A stretch of DNA of 62,521 nucleotides, counting the filler, from Globobulimina sp. (lineage: Eukaryota): NCBI GenBank assembly GCA_003354225.1. It is 29 parts of 29 records of this genome, joined end to end, with 100 filler letters (N's around TTAATTAATTAA, not from the genome) between each part and the next. Parts side by side here need not be neighbours in the genome. Positions count along the whole stretch, not along the records: positions 47,516 to 49,573 come from PIVH01009359.1; positions 49,674 to 51,731 come from PIVH01009360.1; positions 51,832 to 53,889 come from PIVH01009361.1; positions 53,990 to 56,047 come from PIVH01009362.1; positions 56,148 to 58,205 come from PIVH01009363.1; positions 58,306 to 60,363 come from PIVH01009364.1; positions 60,464 to 62,521 come from PIVH01009365.1; 22 more parts are not named here. The stretch is one strand, 5' to 3'. The notes beneath the pieces are model-generated. The model had not been told where the DNA came from. It searched no databases and worked only from the letters and a program-made list of their open reading frames with translations. Numbering within the stretch: the stretch's first letter is position 1; the number at the start of each line of letters is the position of its first letter. Of this stretch, positions 47,516 through 60,521 are shown in pieces. The position numbers and the translations under genes were made by a program.

Positions 47516-48452
47516 AACAACTCATCGATTATATCAACTGTCAATGGAATGTTTCAAACAATATGAATGTTTCATAGCGTTTGAGATATTACACTGTTTA
47601 TCGCTATTTGACAAAGACGATTATAGTTACCACAATGCATTAGGTCTTGTATTGGATAAATGGGAAAGCAATGAAAGAGCAGAAACGGAATTTAAACTTG
47701 CAATTGAATTAAAACCCAAATCACATATTTTCAAATGGAATTATGGCTTATTATTAAGCAAACAGAGAAAATATGATTTAGCGGTAAAACAATTTCTCGA
47801 ATCAAGTGAATTGGACCCGACTGAACCGGAATATTTCTCAAAAACCGCAGATTGTTATTTCGAATTAAAAGATAATGACAATGCAGAAATAAATTATTTG
47901 CAATCTATCCAGGTCGCTCCGGGAAAGTCGATGTGTTATATGGAATATGCAAAATTCCTCAGTAAAACGCAAAATTGTACAAAAGCACAAGAATATTTCG
48001 AAAAAGCAATGCAAATCGAACCAGAGAATTGGAAACAAATATATCAGGTTGCAAAATATTTACGTGATTATTCAACAGATTATAAACGATCGGAAATTTA
48101 TTATCAGAAATGTTTAGAGGTAAATAATATTTCATACGTTCATTCATCGTATGGATATTTATTATATTTAATGAAAAGATATGAAGACGCAGCTAAACAA
48201 TTGAATATTGCCATCAATTGGGATGATACCAAAAATAATGGCTATTCTTGGCCTTTTTATTATTATGGATTGTTACAATATCAATTAGGAAATATGAGGC
48301 AAGCCAATGAATTCCTAAAATTATCGGTCTCGCGTGTTGATCATATTTCTTTTGTTTTATCTCATTTAGAAATCATGAAAGAACAGGATCCGACAGTTAT
48401 TGAATATCATTTGCGATATGAACGAGCTTTGAAACAAAAATTTAAAATGTAA
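47516..48452 (+). CDS. TPR-repeat protein, 5'-truncated
   Basis: Repeated 34-aa A...F..AI.L.P units. Confidence 0.9.
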
Positions 48453-48473
48453 CTAATTATTTCTTCTCTCAGG

Positions 48474-48688
48474 TTAACTCAAGCTTTGCCACCCAAGTTT
48501 AGGTAAGGCCGTGGTTAAACCTTTGGTTGGATCTTGTAATTTCATTCGATGCTGTCCTGTTTTAGCTCCTTTCGTTATGTCACCAGATTTATTACGGATT
48601 TTGAAACGATGCTCCCTTTTTATGTCCAAAAGCCGTAAATGTGTTAGAAACACTACGTAAAAAAACTATCTTCGTAACTTTCAGCCAT
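48474..48688 (-). CDS. Candidate 57-aa microprotein; exons 48688..48657 and 48615..48474
   Basis: A 41-nt GT-AG intron joins MAESYEDSFFT to EHRFKIRNKSG...LPKLGWQSLS. Confidence 0.4.
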
Positions 48689-48750
48689 ATTCGTCTCAAT
48701 CGCTGACAACAAGGCGCAACAGAAACAAACAAAAATCTGCATTACAATTA

Positions 48751-49573
48751 TCAAATATAAACAGTCTCTTGGGCTCCTTCATCATCATTGCCTGAAACTG
48801 CTCTATTATTTCTTGTATGGGCATCAATTTCTTGTTTCAATTTAGTATTTGGAAATAATATTTTAGTGAATGCTTTTGCATTTGTTATTGGCGATTTTCC
48901 ATTAATATATAAATACTGTTCAATTGCTTTTCTTTCATATGTATTTTTATCAAATGCAATCACTGGATCTTTCATTATATTTTCAGTTATTGGACAAAAA
49001 TATTCTTTTGGAATTTCACTCTCATTCTCATTATAATTCATATTTTCATTTTGTTGATCCGGTATTGGATATTTCTCAATTAATTCATGTATCTCATCCA
49101 ATAAAAGTTTCCTTAAAAAATAATCAAAAATTCCAACTAAATATAACGTGTTTTCATCCATTGTAACAAATGCTTTTGCCCTAATTTTTTGTTTTATTAA
49201 TTCAGTTAACACCGCATTCCAATCCGTATTTTGTAATTCTTTTTCATTCATTTTATTGTTTTTACACACTTGTTTTTTGAAAATGTTATATTTAAACCAA
49301 ACCACAATATCTTGTGCTTTATTCCATTCATACCATTTACTTTCAAATGTTTGCCATTCATTTAATAAATTTTGTTTAACTTTGACAATCAATGATGTGT
49401 TATCCTCTATAAATGCATTATATTTATCCATTAAATTTAAACATTTTCTTGACTGTGATTCATATTTTAATAACCTGCAGTTGCTGCTATCAATTTGTTT
49501 CTCATTTTCTTTAATTTTGATAAATAATCCATTCTCTTTACTAATTAATTGATTACATTGTTTTATTTTATTT
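48751..49573 (-). CDS. U-box E3 ligase with SAM-like region, 5'-truncated
   Basis: IPKEYFCPITENIMKDPV...TYERKAI...SPIT...PNTKLK. Confidence 0.92.
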
Positions 49574-49756
49574 NNNNNNNNNNNNNNNNNNNNNNNNNNN
49601 NNNNNNNNNNNNNNNNNTTAATTAATTAANNNNNNNNNNNNNNNNNNNNNNNNNNNNNNNNNNNNNNNNNNNNGTTGTGTTGGTTCGTCAGTTTAGTCAA
49701 ACAAATTCTGCTCAAAATCAGATCTGGTGAGAATAATTTAATATAATATTCAGATC

Positions 49757-51231
49757 TTGTTTGAAATTGGAAAATGGAAATATAAAATTTATAAACAATC
49801 TGCAACCACTGCTTCTCAACAAAATGTATCAACAAATAATGTTCGATCAGTGAAGAGAATTAATACTAAAATTAATGGTGACGTTGAACGTAAACAGAAT
49901 GATGCAGTCATTAAGCAATTGACATTAAAGAAAATTTTGCATTTTGGAGGGTTTGGTGTTCCAAATTGGTGGAATAAAACAGAAATGAATAATAATCATT
50001 TGGTTGAATGGTCAATGCATTCCAGTGTTTGTAACCAGATAAGGGATGCATTTAGATGCGGATTAAATAATGCCAATCAGTTTAAAGTTGTATCCATTTC
50101 CTCAGTGCAGAACAAATCATTATGGAAATTGTATCAGTCCCATCGCAGTGTTTACAAAGAGACCATTGGTTAAGTACTAACTGTATTATTTGTTACTGTG
50201 ATATTATAATGCATTGTTGCTCTATGACAGGTTTCAAGCAATTAAATGAAACGTTTTTGTGGCATGGCACTAATTTTGCAGCAGCAAACAGTATTTGTAC
50301 ACAGGGATTTTTGCGAGATTATGGAAAAAAAAGGAAATATGGGAAAGGTGTTTATTATGCAAAATATTCTCAATATTCAGCAAATACAGCATACTCAGCA
50401 CCGGATGCAGATGGATATCAATATATGTTTTTATGTCGTGTATTGTTGGGAGAATCGTGTGTCGGTAAAAGCACATACATTGTTCCTCCAACAAAAGCTA
50501 ATTCCGCTGTTCATTATGAATCGATGGTGGATAATTTAGCACAGCCATCAATTTTTGTGATTTGTAAAGACAATCAGGTTTATCCCGCCTTTTTAATTAA
50601 GTTTGCATCACAGAAACAAATATTAATGCTGCAACACAAAAAGCAGCAACAGTTAAATGTAGAAAGACAGCAAAAAGCATTGGTGGAAAGAAAGCAGCAA
50701 AAAGCATTGAGAGAAGCTCAAAAAGCAAAGATATATGAACAGCAGCTGAGAGAGAGAAAAAGCATGGAACAAAAACGAAAACAACAACGATTAATTGAAG
50801 CGACAATAAGACAGCAACGAGAGCAGCAAGAAAGAGAGAAGCAAAAGGCATTGATGCAAATAAGAAATGAACAAAACCGACAACGATTAATTGACGAGAA
50901 AGTAAGACGGCAACGAGAGGCAGTACAAAGACTAAGGAATCTGTATCATGATAATATGTTTATGCATGAACAGCAACTGAGAGTGGAAGTGATTATGGAA
51001 CCAAAGCAACAACGAATTTCAGAGAAAATAAGACAGGAACAAGAGGATAAAAAAGAAGCACAAAGACAACAACGATTATTTGACGAGGAAGCACAAAGAC
51101 AACATCAAGAGTTGCAATATTATGCTCTTCAACGAGAAATGAGAAAGCAACGAGAAGAGGATAATAAACGAGAAGATGATAATAAAAGTAAAGAATCCAT
51201 AAAATCTGGGAAGGATTGTATCATTCAATAA
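49757..51231 (+). CDS. WWE-PARP mono-ADP-ribosyltransferase-like protein with coiled coil and CAAX; intron 50169-50230
   Basis: Q.N..T...R.V.R (WWE end), VQN..LW, WHGT, YGKGVYYA, MFLCRVLLG, IFVI, YPAFLI; ends CIIQ. Confidence 0.9.
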
Positions 51232-51333
51232 ATAATATGTAGTTGCATTTTTTATTTCTTTTTTTGGATATAATTCTATCTGAAATTTTCGAAACCGAAA
51301 ATGTTTAAAGTTTTCAAAAACTTGAAGTGTGTC

Positions 51334-51731
51334 ATGTCAACTCGACAATTGAGCACAGGAAACATGAATGAATTTCAGGTTTTATTTACACCACATAACG
51401 CTGGATACGTTTCTATATATAAACAATATAACAGTGGAATGATTGTCCATTATTTGAATATAGTGCATTGCCTCATCGATCAAAATGGAAATGGCACAAT
51501 AAATATAATATTGCTTTTTATATCGCAATAAATTTAGAGCATTTCAGTTGGGGCAATGGTTTGGGTGCAACAATTGGCAAATCATCCTCTGATAATACAT
51601 CCATCCAAACACCAGATATTTTAAATTGGTCTTGGCGAGAATATGGTAATCGATGTGGTATTTGGCGAATAATTGATATGTTGAATGATTTAGATTTGCC
51701 CAGCTGTGTTTTAACCAATTCATTCATTTAT
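51334..51731 (+). CDS. Polysaccharide deacetylase/PuuE-like protein; join(51334..51378,51435..>51731)
   Basis: YSALPHR..WKW...IAFYIAINLEHF...PD.LNWSWREYGNRCGIWR; 56-nt intron. Confidence 0.8.
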
Positions 51732-51923
51732 NNNNNNNNNNNNNNNNNNNNNNNNNNNNNNNNNNNNNNNNNNNNTTAATTAATTAANNNNNNNNNNNNN
51801 NNNNNNNNNNNNNNNNNNNNNNNNNNNNNNNGATTGGGATTTGAACCCAAATCTTCTTTAATTAGATGCTTTTGTTAAGCTATCATCACATTAAATTCAT
51901 CACATTCATCACAACAAATTAGA

Positions 51924-53889
51924 TCACACTCCATTAATATTGTCATTATATAATCTCTCAAAATGGTGGTACATATTTTCAATGCCCACTGCTTGGTTAT
52001 TGGTGGGCGGACACTCTCCGATCTTCCAATTGATGCCAGAAATGGGTCCGGGCAAAATTCCAATCCAGCAGCGATTGGATATTTTCTCCACATAAATCTC
52101 CCAATAAAAGACGCCGTCTCTTTTACAGATTTCTATGTCGGCGATGACGCAAACTGAGCCAGTGATGGTGGCCGAATTTGCATCGATTTGCACGCGGCCG
52201 CCTCTCCACAAATCCTTAGTGTCCAACCATTCATATTTGTTGCGACGCGGACTCAGCAAAAGCGGATTGCTCGCCACGTCATTCGCCTTTATATCGTCGT
52301 CAGCCACACTCAGAATATTAATGGCGCCGTGATTGCTGTTCGAATTCCTCTGCGTCATGTTTTGCTGCAGCATCGCTTGTTGTTGCTGCAGATGCTGTAA
52401 TTGCTGCTGTTGCAATAAAACGTGTTGCTGCGCCGCCATCGGATTCATATTATTCATCATAAACTGGTTATTCATCAACATTTGCTGCTGTGCCAATTGC
52501 GCGGCTTGCAACGGGCTGTATGCATTCAATATGTTTGGATTGCAGTTGAACGCATTGTTGATGTACGATGGTCGCCGCGTTAATGGCGAGACCACGGCCA
52601 CTGTGGCGGCTTTTTGCTGCGCTTCATTCGGATCGAAGTCGCCCAAAACAATGCTGTTGCGCCGAATGAGTGGTTTCTTGATCAGGCCGCTTTGCTGTGT
52701 GCTTAGGATCGGTGTCGGCGCTGCAAATTTACTTAGAAATCATATTAAAAAAGAAAAAAGAATACCTTTCAATCTGGCCTGGCGATTTTAAATTGTTTTC
52801 AATCACTTCGTGCAACGAATTGACGCTGGATTGGCTGTTGTTGCTTTTATGACTGCCCGTTTTGCCTAACAATGGCTGGAAATGTGGAATGTCATCGGGT
52901 TGCAAGACTGGCGGGAAAATGTCCAATTTCTCCACATATTCCACATCAAATCGCCACGATGATACACTGAAATCCGATGGCAATTTCATTGCACGCATCG
53001 TATCCTGGATAATTTGCGAGATTTTATCCTGATTCCCGGCTTTGTATTGCTTACAACATTGCTCCTCGCACTTTTTCATCGTATTCACGCTCATTTTCAT
53101 GCATTTCTGCAGTGACACAATTTTATCGCGTTTCTCTGCCACAAACAAAGCGGTCAAATGAAAACAGAGGGAATTTAAATCTAATAAATGTACGCAAGTC
53201 TTAACTGGTCACAAATGACTGCAAAATGGCCTTTGCCGTAGCCTGAGCGGCGTCGATTTGCCTTTTATAATCGGCATAAACCGAATCCATTTCTATTTGT
53301 GCGGCCTCGTAGGTACTCCCCAATTTATGCAAAGTCAGCGCGCATTGCTCGGATATTTTGCTGAATTGCCTCAGTTTCTGCGTCAGCTCAATCAATGCCA
53401 TTTTGCTGATTCCCGCCTCCATGCTCTCCAAAAACGAGCCATTTTCAGGGTTGCAGCCGCTTAATGGACTGAAGCTGCCACGGCCATCTAATTCCAATTC
53501 GAATGCCGCCTCTTTCACTTTTAGGCCACACGCCATTTTGGCGCAATTTATCACTTTTCGAAATTGCTTCTCGTCTTTGAATAACATTTGTAATTTCTGC
53601 ACCAAATCATTTAAATCTTCCTCGCTCAAATCCAAAAATTCTGCGCTCGAAACAAAGCCCAATTTCACCATTTTCTTGTAATACTTTGTTAAATTCTCGT
53701 TGCTGCAGAATTCTTTCAGCGAATCACTTTTCTTTTTGTGCTTTCTTTTTTTAGCAGCCTCAGTTTCGTCGCTCTCTGACTCCGAATCTGTGCATTCCTC
53801 CTCATCGCTTTCTGTGTCGTTCGAACTCGAATCGGTGTCACTTCAAAATCTCTCACAATTTTTGATAAAATGCTCCTTTGTTTCTGCGC
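51924..53889 (-). CDS. Multi-exon SAM, coiled-coil, Gln-rich and SPRY-like protein with lesions
   Basis: SAM (GF....FLDLSEEDL), poly-Q, GVFYWEI...CWIGI; in-frame TGA at 53843-53845. Confidence 0.65.
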
Positions 53890-53989
53890 NNNNNNNNNNN
53901 NNNNNNNNNNNNNNNNNNNNNNNNNNNNNNNNNTTAATTAATTAANNNNNNNNNNNNNNNNNNNNNNNNNNNNNNNNNNNNNNNNNNNN

Positions 53990-54107
53990 ATTAAGATGGT
54001 GACAAATGACAATATGGATAAGCCAATGATGGATACCAAACCATTTAAGGATACTATCCATGCGATATCGGCATAATGATTGGCTTCGTAAAAGTTGTAA
54101 TCAAAAA
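53990..54107 (-). repeat. Inverted near-identical copy of about 54293-54412
   Basis: About 118 bp with 3 mismatches. Confidence 0.95.
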
Positions 54108-54122
54108 AGAAACAAAAACTAG

Positions 54123-55595
54123 ATGAACTTTTCAGTGTCATGGTCTGAGGAACCCAGCGGAATCCGACTTCCTCACTCAAGTCCTTTCTGGCCGCATAAA
54201 ATCTACAGTTGTTATGATCTCAAACAACAACCACGGCAATGCTTCTTCTACATCTCCGTTATATGCATGCTATACTGCGTCATTTATCGTTTATTTTTTT
54301 ATTACAACTTATACGAAGCCAATCATTATGCCGATATCGCATGGATAGTATCCTTAAATGGTTTGGTATCCATCATTTGCTTATCCATATTGTCATTTGT
54401 CACCATCTTAATAACACTCATTCGCATTCACAATCAATGCACGCCTGAAAACGTTCAAATTTTATTATTCAGCGTCTTTCGTTTGTGTGTAATATTTATA
54501 TTGAACATTATCATTGTTTTATTCGTCGATTCCTTCATATTATTCACGTTCATATCGTACGTATTTAACCCCTCCTCCTCCTCCAATAGCAACCATGTCG
54601 ATATCTTTTGGCAGTCCATTCGCAAATATTTGCACGATGCGCAGTCCAACGCTGACGATAAAATCAAGCGATTAATAACCATCCATTATTACTGCATGTC
54701 GTTATATATCGGACAAACGAACCGGTTCAGCAATACCAAAAAATATGGCGCCGGCATATTTGGTCGGAAACAGCAACAAAAAGCCATTCAAAGGTTGCGG
54801 CCCATCATTTTGAATGAATACAATCAGCGATATCATGAATATAATAACAACAAGAATCGGTTTGGAATAAGCACTCCGCAGTCGTTGTCATCGCATCATC
54901 GCAGGAATCTGATGAATTTTATGGAGCTGGATATGAATAATCTGAGTCAGTTGAACTTGAACAATGCTTTGAAACTGAAACACGACGACTTGCAAATATG
55001 GTTTAGCGTCATTTTGTGGATGCCCATTTTCTTAAATGATGAGCGGTATCAATGGTATTGGATTATGGAGAAGAGATTGCTGCGGATCTCATTGATCGCA
55101 TTGTTGATTGTTATTATTTATACAGAAACCAAAGCTGCTGTCAATATGGCACAGAATGCGAAAAATGTTCTGATTCCAACTGTGATTCGCTGTGTGTTGG
55201 AAGTTATCAATTTGGTGAACTTGGTGCCTTTTGTGGTTTATGATGATCCGGATTTTGATAATGTGGCCGAGTTATATTCATCGAGGGAATTATCCACCGG
55301 CATTACCAAGAAAAAAAGAAATGACATTGTCAAGGAAATTAATAAAACGTATCATAATTATTGTCACAATTTATTAGGAAAACAGCAGCAGCAACAAACG
55401 TCACAGCAAGGTCAAGGTGTCAATAATAAGAATATTGTAATTTTGGCGAGTCATTCATTTGAACCACAGCAACTTAGGCAACATATTGCGGCAATTACGC
55501 CGGTTGTTTCTCCACTGCTGCAGGCGAATAATATAAAGAAGTATGAGGAGGAGGATTCTACTGAGTATGAAGAGGAGGATGATTCAAATATGTAA
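54123..55595 (+). CDS. Hypothetical multi-pass membrane protein
   Basis: 490-codon ORF with several hydrophobic helices; start uncertain. Confidence 0.6.
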   Translation: MNFSVSWSEEPSGIRLPHSSPFWPHKIYSCYDLKQQPRQCFFYISVICMLYCVIYRLFFYYNLYEANHYADIAWIVSLNGLVSIICLSILSFVTILITLIRIHNQCTPENVQILLFSVFRLCVIFILNIIIVLFVDSFILFTFISYVFNPSSSSNSNHVDIFWQSIRKYLHDAQSNADDKIKRLITIHYYCMSLYIGQTNRFSNTKKYGAGIFGRKQQQKAIQRLRPIILNEYNQRYHEYNNNKNRFGISTPQSLSSHHRRNLMNFMELDMNNLSQLNLNNALKLKHDDLQIWFSVILWMPIFLNDERYQWYWIMEKRLLRISLIALLIVIIYTETKAAVNMAQNAKNVLIPTVIRCVLEVINLVNLVPFVVYDDPDFDNVAELYSSRELSTGITKKKRNDIVKEINKTYHNYCHNLLGKQQQQQTSQQGQGVNNKNIVILASHSFEPQQLRQHIAAITPVVSPLLQANNIKKYEEEDSTEYEEEDDSNM

Positions 55596-56147
55596 CTGAT
55601 TGTAACATGTCGTTTCACCCGCTTGCTTGTAGTGTGTCATATTATATAATACTCTCTCACAGATTTTTTCTTTATTTTATCGCGAGATCAAACTGTTTTT
55701 ATTTTAGATTTTCAACCAGTTACTAGTAGCATGGAAATAATTATCTGTTAAATTGTTTTTTTGTATTCGGAATTTAGTGGGTGGTATTCGGATTTTTTAA
55801 TCCTGTGCAACTTAATTATTATGATAATGATAACAAAAATATTCGAGTTGTGTCATTTTTATCCAATATCACATCACTAAATATTAAATTTGTATTATTA
55901 TTTTGCAATGAAGTGGTAAAGGAAACAACATTGAAAGAAATGCATTAAAGTCAGAGGTTTGAGAGGTTGAGAGGTTCGGAAGTTTAGGCGTTGAGAAGTT
56001 GAGAGGTTCAGAAGTTGAATTATTAATGAAACAAGAATCCAATTCTANNNNNNNNNNNNNNNNNNNNNNNNNNNNNNNNNNNNNNNNNNNNTTAATTAAT
56101 TAANNNNNNNNNNNNNNNNNNNNNNNNNNNNNNNNNNNNNNNNNNNN

Positions 56148-57969
56148 AACCAACAAAAAAGAGAAAGAAGAAAAAATGGCCAAGTTTTGTTATTAAAGGA
56201 TTTTGCATTCTGATTTCTTGAGTATTACACAATTGCATATGTATACAGCTCCGTGTCCAACAACAGAACAAAAATGGCCTACTCCAGAACCAACAGAATG
56301 GCCCACTCCGGAACCGACGACTGAATGGTGGCCAACACCCGAACCGACTGAGTGGCCAACAGAATGGACAAAAACATGGACAACACCGCAACCAACAACC
56401 CCATGGCCAAGTTATGCAATATGAGTTTTATGCAGTTACACAAAATTATTTGTTTTTAAATATGTTAAACCAGCTACAGACCCAACCGAGCACTCAATTA
56501 ATTGGAGCAAATCGCCAGTGATAAGCCCATGTACCGACGAGATGCGCAATAATCAACAAATTGATTATGTCATATTCATCGATAATTCTTGTAAACTGAG
56601 TGATGACTCATGCGATGCGTTACTATCTGGTGTGGGCAGAATAATATTATCTTTATTGGATTACCCATCCACACGAGTCGCCACTATGGATTTTGGCAAA
56701 GATAAGAAAGATGTACAAGTCGTTGTATCTCTAGATGATAATTTACAAAAACAGCCATCAAAATATATTGAATATGTGGCGCAAAAAGGCGAATGCACCG
56801 ATAACGGCAATGATGAAACGGATTTAATCTCCGTACTAAAAAAAGGTATACACTTATTTGAGAATGCAGACGATAGCAAGTCACATACATTTATTTTAAT
56901 ATCCGCCTGCATTGATAATAATGGGCAGATTGATATTTATGTAATTAATTTGATTGGTGCTTCAGATGCAAAGAACTCGATTGTTAATAATGAAAACGGA
57001 TTGGATTATTTATCCTGTTTGACAGATAATGTATGTATTGGTCATCATGATATTGTAAGCATGCATGGATTGGAGGAAATTATCGATTCCTGCTTGTTTC
57101 CTTACGTTTGTATACCGCAGAATGACGATGATTCAACAATGCCAACACCTGAGCCAACACGACGACCAACTCCAACACCAACGAAATATGGTCACAGTAA
57201 GGTTATGGGTGAAATAACACACATTGATGATGATGATGATGGTTATTATGGATTACATGGATGTGGCAATGATGATGATACAGAACTTGATTATGTTTTA
57301 TTTTTGGATAATTCGTGTGGTTTAAATGATGCTGATTGTGATAATTTATTAGAAGGAACTGCCCGAATAATCGATAAGTTATTGGACTATCCACAGACTC
57401 GAATATCGGTGTTGCAATTTGGTGCGCATCGCAATGATGTGGATGTATTGGTGAAATATGACAATATTGAATTACAAGAATCATCCGAAAAATATCAGAA
57501 ATATATAGAACAATATGGGCAGTGCACACAGGGTGGGAATGGTGAGACAAATTTATATCAAGCGATTAAACGAGCACAGCAACTGATTGATTATAATAAA
57601 ATTACAGCATTTGTGATTATTTCGGCATGTAAAGATACCACAAAAGTATGTAAAATCTCAAATGAAATACATCGATATGGGATTGATTCGTATGTTGTTA
57701 ATTTATTATCATCATCTTCGTCACATAATGTTTTTCAAAATAATAAAGATGCAAATTATTATTTATTATGTTTTACGCAAACTAAAGAAACAAAAGACGT
57801 CTGTTTTGGTGATAATAATAAATATATTTCGGTCAACGAATTTGATCAAATAATTTATAATTGTTTGTTACCTCAATTATGTGAGTCATCCATGAAGAAT
57901 CCGACCCCATTACCTACGCCTGATCCTACACCAAAGCCTACAAAAAAAAAGGGAAAAAATATAAAATGA
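56148..57969 (+). CDS. PT-repeat protein with two vWA-like domains, fragment
   Basis: WPTPEPT repeats; duplicated DYV.F.DNSC (MIDAS-like DxS) units. Confidence 0.75.
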
Positions 57970-58856
57970 TAGATAGCTGTTATTATAATTATACAATTTT
58001 ATCTTGTTTTTTTTTGTGTTTTTCTGAATGTTATCGTATGTATTTATTTTTGTCTGTATTTATTTTTTTTGTATTGTGTATGAATTATTTTTAGAACAAT
58101 TCCATTTTTTTTTATGTATTTTTTTCTTATACTTCTTTTTTATTATTTTTTAGTGATATTGTGGTATATTATAGATATCGCATTTTTTATTTAGTAATAG
58201 TTTAANNNNNNNNNNNNNNNNNNNNNNNNNNNNNNNNNNNNNNNNNNNNTTAATTAATTAANNNNNNNNNNNNNNNNNNNNNNNNNNNNNNNNNNNNNNN
58301 NNNNNGGAAATGATGATCAAATGTATATGGAAATGGTGATTTGTCATCACACAACATCATAGAACATTATTATATGCTTTATTTTGCGTTTTGAGCGCAT
58401 TTTAATCAAACTTAATATCCAAACTTAATTCCAAGACTTAATATCCAAACTTAATATCAAGGATAGTTATTAACTCTGTCAATGAGATAACCAATAAAAT
58501 GATTGGACACCAATCACAATAAAAAACATTGTTGAGCCAATAATCATATACATATTCTCCTGATGCCATGCTTTTGATGCATGTCGATCATCCATATGCA
58601 GGTTTTGAGTCGAAAGTAACCCGATCAATAAACAACATCTAATAAAAACCCGATAAACTAAACCTATGACGTAAGACCGTTCCAATGTTAATTTTTTGTT
58701 GTTAAATTTTCAAATGCAGAACTGTTACGTTTAAGGTGTTCAGATCGGAGATTATCGTTTCTGTGCCCCAACTGCTGTACTGTGTATTAAGGTTTCTATG
58801 GTAGTATTGTACCGCAGATTTTGTGTTTTATTTAAAGCCAGGTTTTTGTTTTTTCA

Positions 58857-59801
58857 ATGACAGAGTATTGGACATCATCTAATTGGACTGCAAAATTGCC
58901 AGGATTTTGTGAGTCTGAATTGCCTCTCGGATATGAAATAGTCAATATTATAACCTCAATATTTGTGTTGTTTTGGGGTGTTTATGGATTATATCAATTA
59001 CCATCCCCATTACATCAAACATCAAGCATATGGCAAATGGTATATAGTTTATTAATTTGTGTTGGCATCGGAACGACTGCATTTCATTGGTCATTAAATG
59101 TCGGATGGGGTTTAATGGATTCTTTACCAATGGTTTTAACCGGATGTGTTGTTTTATTTCATTTAATTCCTTTAGTGTTACGAGTTAAATTAATCAATGA
59201 TAATAATGAACCGCAGTCAATTGCAAATCATAAATGTTTCCAATTTGTATCAAATTTATCTGGAATAATTATTTTGTTATATGCTTTGGTATCGATTGTA
59301 AATACCTCATTATATGGCCAGCATAGTGCTCTATTCCTAATACATTTGAGTGCCGCTCCTATTTTAACTGTAGCTATTTTTATTTGGTTAACGTTTGATC
59401 CGTCACTGTGTAGAAATAAAATTAAAACCTGTGACGAATATAAATTAATATTTCGTCATTTATTGGCTGGATTTGGTGTAGCAGTGATTTCTAGCATAAT
59501 ATGGACGATGACGGAAAATTTCTGTCAAACTGTGCCATTCGTAAAATGGATTCCAGGCCATGGCATATGGCATTTTGGAATCTCGTACGGAATGTATAAT
59601 ATGATACAAGCTCTTATCTTTATTGATTTTGATATTTGTAACAAACATTTTGAGGTTAAAATTATGAAAAAGCAAAATGGAACAAATAAATTCCAGGGAA
59701 TATGGTTTTTTCTTGTTCCCGTATTAGTAATCATTGATTATAAAAGTAATGTTGATGACGAAAATGAGGATCCTGAATCCCAACAAGAGTTGTTGAGTTG
59801 A
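58857..59801 (+). CDS. Alkaline ceramidase (CREST superfamily)
   Basis: FCE, EIVNIITS, GIGT.AFH, DSLPM, HGIWH; 7 TM. Confidence 0.92.
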   Translation: MTEYWTSSNWTAKLPGFCESELPLGYEIVNIITSIFVLFWGVYGLYQLPSPLHQTSSIWQMVYSLLICVGIGTTAFHWSLNVGWGLMDSLPMVLTGCVVLFHLIPLVLRVKLINDNNEPQSIANHKCFQFVSNLSGIIILLYALVSIVNTSLYGQHSALFLIHLSAAPILTVAIFIWLTFDPSLCRNKIKTCDEYKLIFRHLLAGFGVAVISSIIWTMTENFCQTVPFVKWIPGHGIWHFGISYGMYNMIQALIFIDFDICNKHFEVKIMKKQNGTNKFQGIWFFLVPVLVIIDYKSNVDDENEDPESQQELLS

Positions 59802-60521
59802 AACAAAATTACATCCATAATCTAATAATCTCATATTGTATATGGCAAGAATTTTCAGAGCCATGCAATAAATCTAAAACAAGGTTGTATGTACAACTGT
59901 TTCCATTTGACATTATATTGTTTCTGACATTATATTGTTTCTATTTGTCCACATTGTTTTTGCAAATTAATGGTATTTGCAGCACAATTGGTACAAAGAC
60001 GGACGCTCTACTTTAAGGTTTACCGTACGTATTTCTGGTTTCTTGCCATATAATAGATATAAATAAGTGACTAATTTTTTTTTTTAATGGCACAAACAGT
60101 TTTTCGTTCGTCTATTGGATAGGGGGATGACCAACCACATTGCTCACCGATGCTTTGCAATCATTTGAATGTTTGACACAGCCGAAACTGATTGGAAGGA
60201 AAATAGGTTAATAATAAAATGTTAATGGTTCCCGACGAAACACTACCTTTAACAATTCAATTTTGACTTTCAATGTTTTTATTTTGAATAATCTGTAAAA
60301 AACTGTAAATTCAAAGAGTTTACAGTAAAAAACAGTAATTTCAAACTGAAAAGCAAAAAGTTANNNNNNNNNNNNNNNNNNNNNNNNNNNNNNNNNNNNN
60401 NNNNNNNTTAATTAATTAANNNNNNNNNNNNNNNNNNNNNNNNNNNNNNNNNNNNNNNNNNNNTAATTTGTATTAACAATACGCACCAACAATATAAATA
60501 ACATTTTGTAGCAATAACCCT

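Noticed and set aside
52135-52791. Cys-rich plus-strand ORFs
   Set aside because: Antisense shadow of the poly-Gln coding region.
55953-56018. Telomere-like GAGAGGTT repeats
   Set aside because: Short, degenerate, and not a telomere unit I can support.
58408-58459. AAACTTAATATCC repeated about 4 times
   Set aside because: Small local tandem duplication with no further structure.
2062-60463. Regularly spaced TTAATTAATTAA motif, and gene neighbourhoods across it
   Set aside because: Artificial linkers within N runs; adjacent contigs are unrelated, so no cluster or operon inference is valid.
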